From assembly GCA_963718615.1 (NCBI GenBank), contig OY970368.1:2400001-2464000 (forward strand): a DNA stretch of 64,000 nt. Direction: 5' to 3'. Each line of letters begins with the position of its first letter. Within the stretch, counting starts at the first letter, position 1. The DNA is from an uncultured cyanobacterium (lineage in GTDB: Bacteria; Cyanobacteriota; Cyanobacteriia; PCC-9006; JAAUQQ01). A program made the position numbers and the translations under genes. Below, in pieces: positions 48,707 to 57,411 of this stretch. The notes under the pieces are model-generated. The model was given only the letters and a program-made list of their open reading frames with translations, made no database searches and was not told the DNA's origin.

Positions 48707-50641
48707 CTAGAAAGAAAAGCGATTGCTAACACCAAGAACAGTCGCATTGTTGCGATCGCTATAGCCTCCTGGATTAATGATGTATTGAGCACTGCCAACC
48801 ACTAGCCACCAACGGGCAATCTCAGCAGCATAGGTTAGCTCTACGACGGTTTCGGCATCGCGAATGGCGTTGTCACCGCCTAAACGGTTGATCTGGCGAT
48901 CTAGAGCGCGTGTACCGTTACTAAAGCGGGTATGGGAAACCCCTAATCCTAGGACATCGCGATCGCGTCCTGGGATTGGCCCCTCGTATGCCAAGCCACC
49001 GGAAACGTTCATTGAAACTAAGTTGATATCTTGCTTTGGCGAGACAACAGCTTTTGCAAATAGATTCAGTCCCTGAGTTCGATCTGTCGGATCTGCAGAT
49101 TCTCGATAGACCATTTGTTCAGCAGTCACATAGAAAGCTGAATTCCCCCGTTGTTGCCGAGGTCCTCCACCAGAATTGCCTGAGGAATCGGTTTGTACCA
49201 GAGTTTTTAACTCGTTAAATGTTCCTGTATGAAACTGGGCACCAGCTCGATAATAACCGGGTAACCTGGTATCACCTGGGTTTTGATTAAGCCGATAAAG
49301 GGTCTCAAAAATTCCCTCTGCCCCATCTTTTCCATTTAGATCGCTTTTAAGCCCATCTCGGTTTTTAAACCCACCACTTGGATCATCAAACCCATCCATA
49401 ATATGGGCGATAAAATTCCAGTTTCGATTAGGATTGTAGGCCACTTGAATTCCCCAAGGGGCTGCACCATAGCCTGCTGAAAAGCCTGAAGATGGTGAAC
49501 TTCCCAAAAAGGTTGGATAGGTAAAAGACGTATTAGTGAATAATCCAGCTGTTTGAGACGCGGCAATTTTAACAAAGGGATAAATCTTACCAACCCGGAT
49601 ATTTAATTTTTGGTTGAATAAATCCTGTCCGTAAAACAGCTCGAATAGGCGAGGTCCAGATTCTGGAGGATCTCCAAAATAAACAGAATTGAGTGAACCA
49701 ACTCGCTCCCGAGCAACACTGTCCCCTGTAAGCCAGCTACCAGTGATATGGATCATCCCGCCATCCCACCATCCCACACGGTCAGTGTACAAATCACCAC
49801 TGAGAATATGAACTTGGTTAACGGAAAATCCTTGCTTGATACCGCCTAAGGGATTACCGTAAATTTCATTGTAATAAGCATAAATTAAATCAATGCCATG
49901 TTCATCTAAAGTATCTCGCAACCCTCCCCAGTCTCCGGTCATAAAACTGCGCTGAAGAAAACGGCTATTGTCCTCTTCACGCTGGCGAATACCTTGAATA
50001 AATAGACCTGTGTCTAGAACTTTATTGGTAACAGGTTTACGTAGTGCGCGTATGGTCAGAAGATTGATCTCGCGAGAGAGCCTAGATTGAGGTACTTCAC
50101 TCTCTTTTTTTAAATCTTGGCTGTCAGATGCATTTTCATTTTCTGAGGAAATAAAAATTTCTGAAAGAGCAGCATTTGACTCTGAACTGGCGTCTTCTGG
50201 TTCGACAATGAGCCGATCTTTCAAATCCTGAAAGTTTGGACAGTTTTCTGCTTTAAGACTTAAAGCTTCTTCCAGCTTTAAGTCTAGTGAGCTAAAATGT
50301 TCAAATTGGCAAAATTTCTGAAGTTGAGTTTCAGACTCTATCTCCGATTTAGTAGCTAAAAAGGAAATAGGCTTCTCAGGCTTTTCTTGTTTTAATCTCT
50401 GTGAAATTACATGTCTAATACTGGATCCATTAGCAGAATCTTCTATGCTGTTTATGGCTTCTACAGTATTAGCAGAAGAGGTTAAATTGCTATCACTTTT
50501 CAGATCTGTCTTAGCATCTGAACTGGCTAATGTGGAGGATGCTTCAGAGAGAGTTTCACTGGCATTGACAGTAGAAGCCAATCCAAGCCAGACTGTTGCA
50601 GATAAAACTGATAGTAAAAAGAGTCTCGGAGAAGACGGCAT
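48707..50641 (-). CDS. Carbohydrate-selective porin, OprB family, with a long N-terminal extension
   Basis: Signal peptide; MTGDWGGLRDTLDEHGI, RLFELFY.Q, GPIPGRDRDVLGLG, ETVVELTY, QYIINPGG; C-terminal Phe. Confidence 0.9.
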   Translation of the reverse strand: MPSSPRLFLLSVLSATVWLGLASTVNASETLSEASSTLASSDAKTDLKSDSNLTSSANTVEAINSIEDSANGSSIRHVISQRLKQEKPEKPISFLATKSEIESETQLQKFCQFEHFSSLDLKLEEALSLKAENCPNFQDLKDRLIVEPEDASSESNAALSEIFISSENENASDSQDLKKESEVPQSRLSREINLLTIRALRKPVTNKVLDTGLFIQGIRQREEDNSRFLQRSFMTGDWGGLRDTLDEHGIDLIYAYYNEIYGNPLGGIKQGFSVNQVHILSGDLYTDRVGWWDGGMIHITGSWLTGDSVARERVGSLNSVYFGDPPESGPRLFELFYGQDLFNQKLNIRVGKIYPFVKIAASQTAGLFTNTSFTYPTFLGSSPSSGFSAGYGAAPWGIQVAYNPNRNWNFIAHIMDGFDDPSGGFKNRDGLKSDLNGKDGAEGIFETLYRLNQNPGDTRLPGYYRAGAQFHTGTFNELKTLVQTDSSGNSGGGPRQQRGNSAFYVTAEQMVYRESADPTDRTQGLNLFAKAVVSPKQDINLVSMNVSGGLAYEGPIPGRDRDVLGLGVSHTRFSNGTRALDRQINRLGGDNAIRDAETVVELTYAAEIARWWLVVGSAQYIINPGGYSDRNNATVLGVSNRFSF

Positions 50642-50715
50642 GGTTTAGTGTTTCCCGTCCCACAGGAATTGAATCGTAAACTAAATTAGGCCTGACCTAA
50701 TTCATAAGAATCAAA

Positions 50716-50766
50716 CCTTTCTTGTTCAGTGATATGAAGTTGTATTGTTCACTGGAACAAGAAGGG
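50716..50766. terminator. Long intergenic stem-loop (terminator, processing or stabilising element)
   Basis: cctttcttgttc-agtga ... tcact-g-gaacaagaaggg, about 17 bp imperfect stem between the SnoaL lipoprotein gene and oprB. Confidence 0.55.
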
Positions 50767-50777
50767 TATAGCTCAGT

Positions 50778-50833
50778 TAGGATTATTCACCCAGGATTAT
50801 TTACCTAGGATTGTTCACCTAGGATTGTTCACC
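50778..50833. repeat. 4 x 14-nt tandem repeat duplicating the 3' end of the upstream gene
   Basis: taggattattcacc / caggattatttacc / taggattgttcacc / taggattgttcacc. Confidence 0.85.
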
Positions 50834-51400
50834 TGGAGGAGGAACAAGGCCCAACTGTATCATTAGTCCTAGTTGATCTAGTTGAGTCCATCGTTCTGCA
50901 ATTTGCCCTCCTTCTATCCGTACAATGGTAATTCCAGTTAGTGTAATTTCCTTTCCACTGGCAGGAACCCCAAATAAAGGAGTACCAGTGTGCTTTCCTT
51001 GAATTTTCCAACTGTGGACAACGCGATCGCGAGCATAAATTTCGTCCTGAATTGTCATCTTTAATTCAGGCATTGCGCTACGGAACATACCAATGATTTT
51101 CTTGAAGCCATCGCTACCTTCTTCCGAGCCTAAAGGCGAGTGATCAACAGCATCCGCTTTGATGAATTTATCGATGACAGAGAAATCGCCTTCGTTCCAT
51201 GCCCCTTCGAACATCTGAACCGCAATTTGGTTGTTCTCAACAGGGCTTAACGCATTAACTGCTGAGTTTGAAGCTGTTGCAACTTCGCTTTTAGTCGTTT
51301 CAGCGATTGGCTTGTTCGTGTCAATCGCTGCTTCACTCGCACAGCTTACTAGCCCAAAAAGTAGTAATGCAGGGATAGACTTCAGAATTTTTGCTTTCAT
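50819..51400 (-). CDS. SnoaL-like ester cyclase, predicted lipoprotein
   Basis: MKAK + hydrophobic stretch + lipobox LVSC; FRSAMPEL, GKHTG.PLFGVPASGK, GITIVRIEGGQIAERW, DQLGLMIQLG. Confidence 0.85.
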   Translation of the reverse strand: MKAKILKSIPALLLFGLVSCASEAAIDTNKPIAETTKSEVATASNSAVNALSPVENNQIAVQMFEGAWNEGDFSVIDKFIKADAVDHSPLGSEEGSDGFKKIIGMFRSAMPELKMTIQDEIYARDRVVHSWKIQGKHTGTPLFGVPASGKEITLTGITIVRIEGGQIAERWTQLDQLGLMIQLGLVPPPGEQS

Positions 51401-51483
51401 GCTAAGCCTCTTTCAAGAGTGATGGAAATAATGAATAAACAATCGTGACACTAATTAATGCAGGTAGTTTGGACATCCGATAA

Positions 51484-52434
51484 CTAAACTACTGCAGCTT
51501 CCGTCTTTGGATGCAGTTGCTCCATCAAACCCAAATCATTCTCATTGATCCAAATCTCAGAAATTTGTCCTTGGTCAAGACGAAAGATACTGACACCTTG
51601 CATCTCAACGCTATTTCCAGTTGCTGGAATTCCGCGAAACTGACCCTTATGGGTAGCATTCATATGCCACCGTAATGCGGTCATTGTGTTATCACACATC
51701 TCTCGCTCTAGCGTGTAACAGATATCTGGAAATGCTTCTCGCATCATACCAATAAAGTGCTTCAGTCCAGCCTGACCCCTGATAGGCGTTGGAAGCATTG
51801 GGAGATGAAGGATAAAATCTGGGGCTATTAGACTAGGAATTAGGTCGATTCTGCCCTGGCCAATCAACTTTTCAAAGAAGCTGCGAGCAAGGGCCTTGCT
51901 CGCTTCTGGAGAGGTGACCGATGGCTCTGCGGGAATAACACCAATTTGTCTCATTAATCCTAATGTATCTTCATTGGCTAAGGATTCAACGATTTTGCCA
52001 TCTACAATCTTTAGCCAGCTTACACCATCAATAACAAAGTGCTTACCGCTTGCGGGAATATCACCTTTGACTGTATGGAGTGGTCCACCAATATGAGTAC
52101 CACTACCAATCCAATGGCCTACTACAGTATCACCATCAACAAGTAGATGCTTAACATCCAGATGCACATCCGGAAAGGCACCATGGAGCATCATTACAAG
52201 TTCCTTAAAGCCATTGGGACCATAATAAGGTTCAGGATGGGTTGGAATGGTAAACATGAAATCTTCGCTCATCAGATCATCAATGACATTGAGCTTAGCG
52301 TCATTCAAGATTTCTTGATAATACCGCTGTGCAATAGATTTTTTAGCTTCAACTGAATCTATTTTGCGTAGATGAATGAGATCTACGACATCGGTATTAA
52401 GAACGCGATAGATGTCTTTTAGAACGCCGATCAT
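51484..52434 (-). CDS. Tandem double SnoaL-like ester cyclase
   Basis: Two repeats: AFPDVH...GTHIG...IPASGK...DGKIVE...LGLMRQIG and AFPDIC...ATHKG.FRGIPATG...GQISE...LGLMEQL. Confidence 0.88.
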   Translation of the reverse strand: MIGVLKDIYRVLNTDVVDLIHLRKIDSVEAKKSIAQRYYQEILNDAKLNVIDDLMSEDFMFTIPTHPEPYYGPNGFKELVMMLHGAFPDVHLDVKHLLVDGDTVVGHWIGSGTHIGGPLHTVKGDIPASGKHFVIDGVSWLKIVDGKIVESLANEDTLGLMRQIGVIPAEPSVTSPEASKALARSFFEKLIGQGRIDLIPSLIAPDFILHLPMLPTPIRGQAGLKHFIGMMREAFPDICYTLEREMCDNTMTALRWHMNATHKGQFRGIPATGNSVEMQGVSIFRLDQGQISEIWINENDLGLMEQLHPKTEAAVV

Positions 52435-52497
52435 AGGAGTTGAGTTGAGTACTTATGAGTTCAGAATGTCTTGTGTATGGTCAGAATGTAGAATGAC

Positions 52498-52950
52498 CTA
52501 AAGGCGAGCAGATTCCTCTGCATATACCAACTCATCAACAACATAGGTTAAAATGATGGGCTGCTGGGTTTGAGTCGATCGTTTTACAGTCCAGGTCTGA
52601 AAAGCATCCAGAATAATACGCTTGCTGTAAGGCTCAGGTGCATTCCACATGCTGGCTTCCCACATGACGACTACCTTGTAGATGGATTCTTCGCCGGTTG
52701 ATGAAACTAGGGTTACTTCTTTAACTGTGTGAACTTCGTCAAAAAACAACGTAATAACGCGCTCGTACCAGCCTTTAAATCCTTCAAAACCTTCTACAGT
52801 TGCTTCAGGAAAGATCATTTTGAGCTCTTTGTCAGCCAGCATAGGAATATATGCTTCTAGGGGCTCATGAACGTCTAACTTGCGATACCAGGCGGCGGCA
52901 AATTCACGTACTTCGGTATCGGAGAGTGGAGCAAGAAGGGTGGTAGTCAT
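52498..52950 (-). CDS. NTF2/SnoaL-like fold protein
   Basis: WYRKLDVH, MIFPE, GFEGFKGWY..V...FFDEVH, VMWEAS.W, AFQTW.V, ILTYVVD. Confidence 0.7.
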   Translation of the reverse strand: MTTTLLAPLSDTEVREFAAAWYRKLDVHEPLEAYIPMLADKELKMIFPEATVEGFEGFKGWYERVITLFFDEVHTVKEVTLVSSTGEESIYKVVVMWEASMWNAPEPYSKRIILDAFQTWTVKRSTQTQQPIILTYVVDELVYAEESARL

Positions 52951-53025
52951 AAATGAAAAAGAAGTGAGGATGGATAGAAATCAAAAGAATAAAACAAGGA
53001 TGCCAAGCTAAGAGTTGCCATGGAA

Positions 53026-54738
53026 TTAGAGGCCGATAGAGCCACAGATTTTTTGAATGGCATCGGGACGAATATTACCCTCAATGACCACATCAATGAG
53101 GAAGGGACCTTTGTGGGCGATCGCCTGTTTAATTGCTGGAACAATCTCCTCCGGCTTCTCGACGCGAACAGCTTCTACACCCATGGAGTGAGCCATTTGA
53201 TCAAATCGAATTGCTGGATTAGAGAGATCAAAACTCAGCGGAAAAGCATGTGTAGGAACACTTTGCTCTTGCCAGTACTGCTGAATATTGAGCTGCAATA
53301 GTTTGTAGGAACGATTATTGCAGATTACAAACTTGGCATCAATATTGTAACGGGCTGCCGTCCAAAGGGCTTGAATGGTATATAGGCTACCACCATCCCC
53401 AGTGAAGCCAACTACAGTCTTATCGGGATTTGCCAGCTTGAGGCCAATGGCTCCAGGAATGCCAACCCCTAGCGAACCGCCTCGAGTCGAAAAGTAATGA
53501 CCCGTTTGACGAGGGGGGAGATAGCGGGTCAGCGTCGGAGAAGAGGTAAGGGCTTCGTCAAAGACAATAGTATCGTTGGGCAATTTTTCTGCAAGCGCTT
53601 CCATAAACTGAGCAAAGTTCAGGTTTGGGCTACTTGCATTGCGATCGCCTGCTAAAGCTTGCTTAAGCTGAGCTGTTTTGGCCTCGGCTAGAACTTGCTT
53701 GCGATGAATGGCTTGCGATCGCTGTCCCTCGGTCTGCATCTCCTGAATGGCTTCTGCTAAACGCATCAGCGTCAACTTTGGATCGCACACAATTCCTAAA
53801 TCGACTGGATGATTCTTAGCAATTTCATAGGCATTTAAATCAATATGAAATACCTTTGCATCAGCGGCAAAAATATCACCTAGTTCTGGAAAAACCTCTG
53901 GCAAGACGTAGGTTCCACAAATTAAGTTAACATCACCCCGTTGCATGGTTGACAGACTATTACTGCCAAACATATGCCCTGTTGTACCTTGATACAGTGG
54001 ATGAGTGGTATCCATATTGAGTTCACCGGAGTCCACATCTCGGACCTCAGCACCGAGTAACTCTGCAACCTTTGTCAGAGCCTCCTGGGCACCAGAATAG
54101 GCAACTCCATCACCGACGTAAATCATCGGTGTCTGAGCTGTTATCAGTTGCTCAGCCATCTGAATGATTATGGCCGAATCGGGAACTACTCGGGTTGAAG
54201 GCAGAGAGGTCGGTCTGACAGGCTCTATAGTTGGAGCATCCAAAATGTCCTGGGGAAGACAGATATATACCGGTCCCATGGGAGGAGTGGATGCAATTTT
54301 GATAGCCTTGCGCAAAACTCGGAGCAGAGATGACGAATCAGAAACCATGGTGGACCATTTGGTCACCGGTCTAGCCATCGCAACGAGATCCCCAGCCATT
54401 TGGGCATCCATTGCCTGATACTTAATCCCCGCATCGCCACCGATGACCAGCAATGGTGCATGACCTCGCATTGCCTGGTAAAGGGCACCGATCGCATTGC
54501 CAAGACCCGGAGTGCTATGGATTTGGACAACTGTAGGCTTCTGCGTCGCCCTCGCATAGCCATCAGCCATCATCACAGCAACACTTTCTTGCAGTGTCAA
54601 AATGTACTTTAGCGTTGGATAGTCTGACAGTGCATCCAAAAATCCCTGTTCGACAGTTCCAGGATTGCCAAACATGTACTCAATGCCATCCGCAAGCAGT
54701 TGTTCGAGGATGGCAAAACGACCGGTTCTGCCTTGCAT
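53026..54738 (-). CDS. Thiamine-diphosphate-dependent enzyme (benzoylformate decarboxylase / acetolactate synthase-like)
   Basis: FGNPGTVE, LQESVAVMMADGYARA, H..PGLGNA, GGSLGVGIPGAIG, ThDP motif GDGGSLY...CNNRSY. Confidence 0.92.
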   Translation of the reverse strand: MQGRTGRFAILEQLLADGIEYMFGNPGTVEQGFLDALSDYPTLKYILTLQESVAVMMADGYARATQKPTVVQIHSTPGLGNAIGALYQAMRGHAPLLVIGGDAGIKYQAMDAQMAGDLVAMARPVTKWSTMVSDSSSLLRVLRKAIKIASTPPMGPVYICLPQDILDAPTIEPVRPTSLPSTRVVPDSAIIIQMAEQLITAQTPMIYVGDGVAYSGAQEALTKVAELLGAEVRDVDSGELNMDTTHPLYQGTTGHMFGSNSLSTMQRGDVNLICGTYVLPEVFPELGDIFAADAKVFHIDLNAYEIAKNHPVDLGIVCDPKLTLMRLAEAIQEMQTEGQRSQAIHRKQVLAEAKTAQLKQALAGDRNASSPNLNFAQFMEALAEKLPNDTIVFDEALTSSPTLTRYLPPRQTGHYFSTRGGSLGVGIPGAIGLKLANPDKTVVGFTGDGGSLYTIQALWTAARYNIDAKFVICNNRSYKLLQLNIQQYWQEQSVPTHAFPLSFDLSNPAIRFDQMAHSMGVEAVRVEKPEEIVPAIKQAIAHKGPFLIDVVIEGNIRPDAIQKICGSIGL

Positions 54739-54836
54739 GATTATTTCTAAATTGGGGATCAAAGAGAAAAATAAACGGATGGAATTTTAAGCATTAATGA
54801 TGGGGATAAATTGCTTAAAATTTCCATCGTTAATGC

Positions 54837-55661
54837 TTACCAGCCGTAGCGTTTTAGATCTTTTTCTAGAACCTCAACCATCTTTTCACCGGTTAGGTAG
54901 GAGTCAGGGGTAGATCGTCCGGTAATAAAGGGATAGTCTACAATTACTGAGGTTTCTTTCCCAAAGTTGCCAATGTAAGAACCCTCAGGTCCTGTAGCAT
55001 CACGCAGGATGTATTCCAGGGGGTAGGGCGGAGGACCCATGTTAAAGTCAGTCCCCATAAAGCCGGTACCATCATGGTAGTCGTACTCTTTACAGTGACC
55101 TGTAACATGCTTGCCCCAAATTAAGCTTTTGCGATTTTCAAGTTCGCGAGCAAAGGCTAAGCAAGCGACGCCATAGCACTCTGCACCAATGGGCTTGTTC
55201 ATCCGATAGAAGCTTAGGATAATATCGTGAACACGCTGATTATTTGCCAAGTCCACAATGGGGCCGCTACCTCCAACAATCAATAAAGCATCATATTGAG
55301 CAAGGTATTCACGCTCAACTTTAGCCATTTGACTATAATAAGCTTCCAAGTCTCGAATCAAACTAGGAGAGCTAAAGTAAGGCATTTCAGGCACTACTTC
55401 AGCAATATTAAGAGGATAGTTAAGGCGAGGTGATTTATCAATTTCTTTGACTTTTTTCGCGACTTCTGGGGAGGTTACACTTCGACCTAGAGGGGGATCA
55501 ACATAGTCAGGATCCATACTTGGTGGTAAAGCTACAGGACGTTTACCATTTGGCGTTGCAAAGGTAACTTCATAGCCAGCCTTATCAAAAGTTTCGAGGG
55601 GACCAATTAATTCCTCGCCCCAAAATCCCCATTCGGAAAGGATAACTAGAATTTTTTTCAT
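54837..55661 (-). CDS. DJ-1/Hsp31-like (class I GATase-like) protein; first gene of the island operon
   Basis: MKKILVILSEWGFWGEEL, FATPNG, DALLIVGGSG, elbow GAECYG, FITGRS; GGAG SD upstream of 55661. Confidence 0.85.
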   Translation of the reverse strand: MKKILVILSEWGFWGEELIGPLETFDKAGYEVTFATPNGKRPVALPPSMDPDYVDPPLGRSVTSPEVAKKVKEIDKSPRLNYPLNIAEVVPEMPYFSSPSLIRDLEAYYSQMAKVEREYLAQYDALLIVGGSGPIVDLANNQRVHDIILSFYRMNKPIGAECYGVACLAFARELENRKSLIWGKHVTGHCKEYDYHDGTGFMGTDFNMGPPPYPLEYILRDATGPEGSYIGNFGKETSVIVDYPFITGRSTPDSYLTGEKMVEVLEKDLKRYGW

Positions 55662-55727
55662 GCGATCTCCATGACTCAAATCAGAAACGGTTAGATAATG
55701 GCACCTGAACTTTTGGCTCTAACTTTG

Positions 55728-55764
55728 ATCTCAGATTAATCTGCGGTCTAGATTAATCTGAGAT
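55728..55764. promoter_or_regulatory. Perfect 15-bp inverted repeat in the operon leader
   Basis: ATCTCAGATTAATCT-gcggtct-AGATTAATCTGAGAT; each arm contains the 10-bp palindrome AGATTAATCT. Confidence 0.65.
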
Positions 55765-56436
55765 TAAGTGCAATAACTTAACTCGATGACTCAATGAGGA
55801 ATGAACTATCTTTTAAGCAAAGTTCATACTCCTTTTGTAAAGACAATAGAACCTTTTTCTTGGTTGGACAATAAGTGAATCTACGGGGAATTAGAATTTA
55901 TTCCATTTAGCCACATTGTTAATATCTGAATTTTTATAGAAACAACAGGCTTTTCCCTCTTTTAATAAAAGTACTGGTTCCTCCTAAATTCTAGTTTTAT
56001 AATCACTACTTATGACAACAACAAGTCTTCTTTCGAAGAATCTCGGGGAATCTACGGATTAGCTCTTCTGTGCTTTTACAGAGAAAAAAGCAGATAGCTA
56101 GTGCAAAAAGTCATGGCTTGACCATGCTAATCTCAGAGACTTGCTTGTTTTGAGGCTAGCAATAGGGCAGAAAACGCCTCAAAGTTCTATCTGTAGAAAA
56201 GTCTGAGATTGATGAAATTGTGTTGATGCGGTTGATGGGAATCATAATAGTCATGATCAATTACTGACTCTAAACCTAGAGAAGCGCTAATGCCTGGGCT
56301 TCTCACTCTTGTTCAACAGGATTACGGCTTCATCTTTACCTAGCGTGCCCTCAAAGTGTGTCGGCTAACGGTATCTATGTTACGCCTTGTAAAATTTTGA
56401 GGAGTAGTGACTCAACTTTTCTGGCAAATCATGAAT

Positions 56437-56996
56437 TTAGAGAGCAGGAGCCCAGTTTGCTCTCTTTATTGTATTAAAATATACAAAACCAGGGTTTGGT
56501 GATAGTATTTCAAGATCGCCTACATGAAAGATGTAGAGGCTAATGCTGAATACTGCGGAGTTTGCCACCGCGACCCGTAAGTCGTAATGGGCCAAAGAAT
56601 TAGACCGAGTAACCCTCCCAAAAGGCCGCCTCCCTGAAGTGCTTGAGTCACAGAGGGGGAACTGCTGGTGCTGATGGGCTCTACTCTTCGTTAAAACCTG
56701 GTACCGGAGTTGGCCTTGTTCCGTTAGGGTCCGAGATAAATTTTCGGTTGCTATCGCATCTGTGCTTGAGGTCTGGTCGGCCAGTAGGGCTGTTTCTAGC
56801 TCACCATAGGTCGTTTCAACGAAGACTAGAACGGATGTGCCAATGACGAAGTTGGGGAGTTCATCTGTCAGGCGAACATAAATATTGAGATCAATATCGT
56901 CCTGAAGAAATTGGGACCAAATGAGTCCCGCAACTTCAAATCCGATCATCTGGTCCAGTAGATACCAGGTTGAAAGGAGAAATTAAACGTCGTCAT
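56437..56996 (-). pseudogene. Decayed cyanobacterial exported metalloprotease gene (NF038122-like N-terminus)
   Basis: ATG at 56996 gives MTTFNFSFQPG, then a 1-nt shift to (LDQ)MIGFEVAGLIWSQFLQDDIDLNIYV...ALLADQTSSTDAIA; no HExxH follows. Confidence 0.6.
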
Positions 56997-57411
56997 AGCC
57001 GAATATTTAGTATCAGTGAGGCGGCAGATGAGTGACGGGTGGTTTTGACTAGAAGCGATCGCAACTCAGAGATGACTGCAATATTAGTAGTATACGTACA
57101 TTTATCATATCTCTGCGCGTTGGCTTTTGATGTAATATAATTGCTTTCTATGCCTAAATTTATCTAAATTTCAAACTTTTTAGAAATATTGGTTGATCTA
57201 TGTTTTTCGTTGCTGAAGTCAATTCTTAATAGGTTTAAAATTACGCCGGATTGCCGATGAAGGAGCGATTTTCCTAAGTCTATTGGTGACGATCGACTAT
57301 TGATCAAGCTGCTCTGATCTCTAAGCTTCTCTCAAAATGTAATTGAGCTGAGATCTTACCCCGATTACGATGACGTTCCAAGGTTCAAGCCCCAGGCTAA
57401 TCGCTGGAGTT

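Larger units (their letters stand above)
29046..57300. mobile_element. Probable genomic island (AT-richer, about 28 kb) carrying an expanded icfG-like gene cluster
   Basis: Visible composition shift relative to flanks; IS/TPR scar on the left, pseudogene on the right; all intact genes on one strand; boundaries approximate. Confidence 0.6.

Noticed and set aside
50778-50833. Short direct repeats as a possible CRISPR array
   Set aside because: Units are 14 nt, contiguous, without spacers; no cas genes in the window
53026-54738. Housekeeping acetolactate synthase ilvB
   Set aside because: GNPGTVE/QESVA motifs are of the benzoylformate-decarboxylase-like type; no ilvN or branched-chain context
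55680-57400. NtcA/CRP boxes, riboswitch or tRNA in the long spacers
   Set aside because: Candidates seen had wrong spacing (GTA-N7-TAC) and no recognisable RNA family fold could be supported by eye
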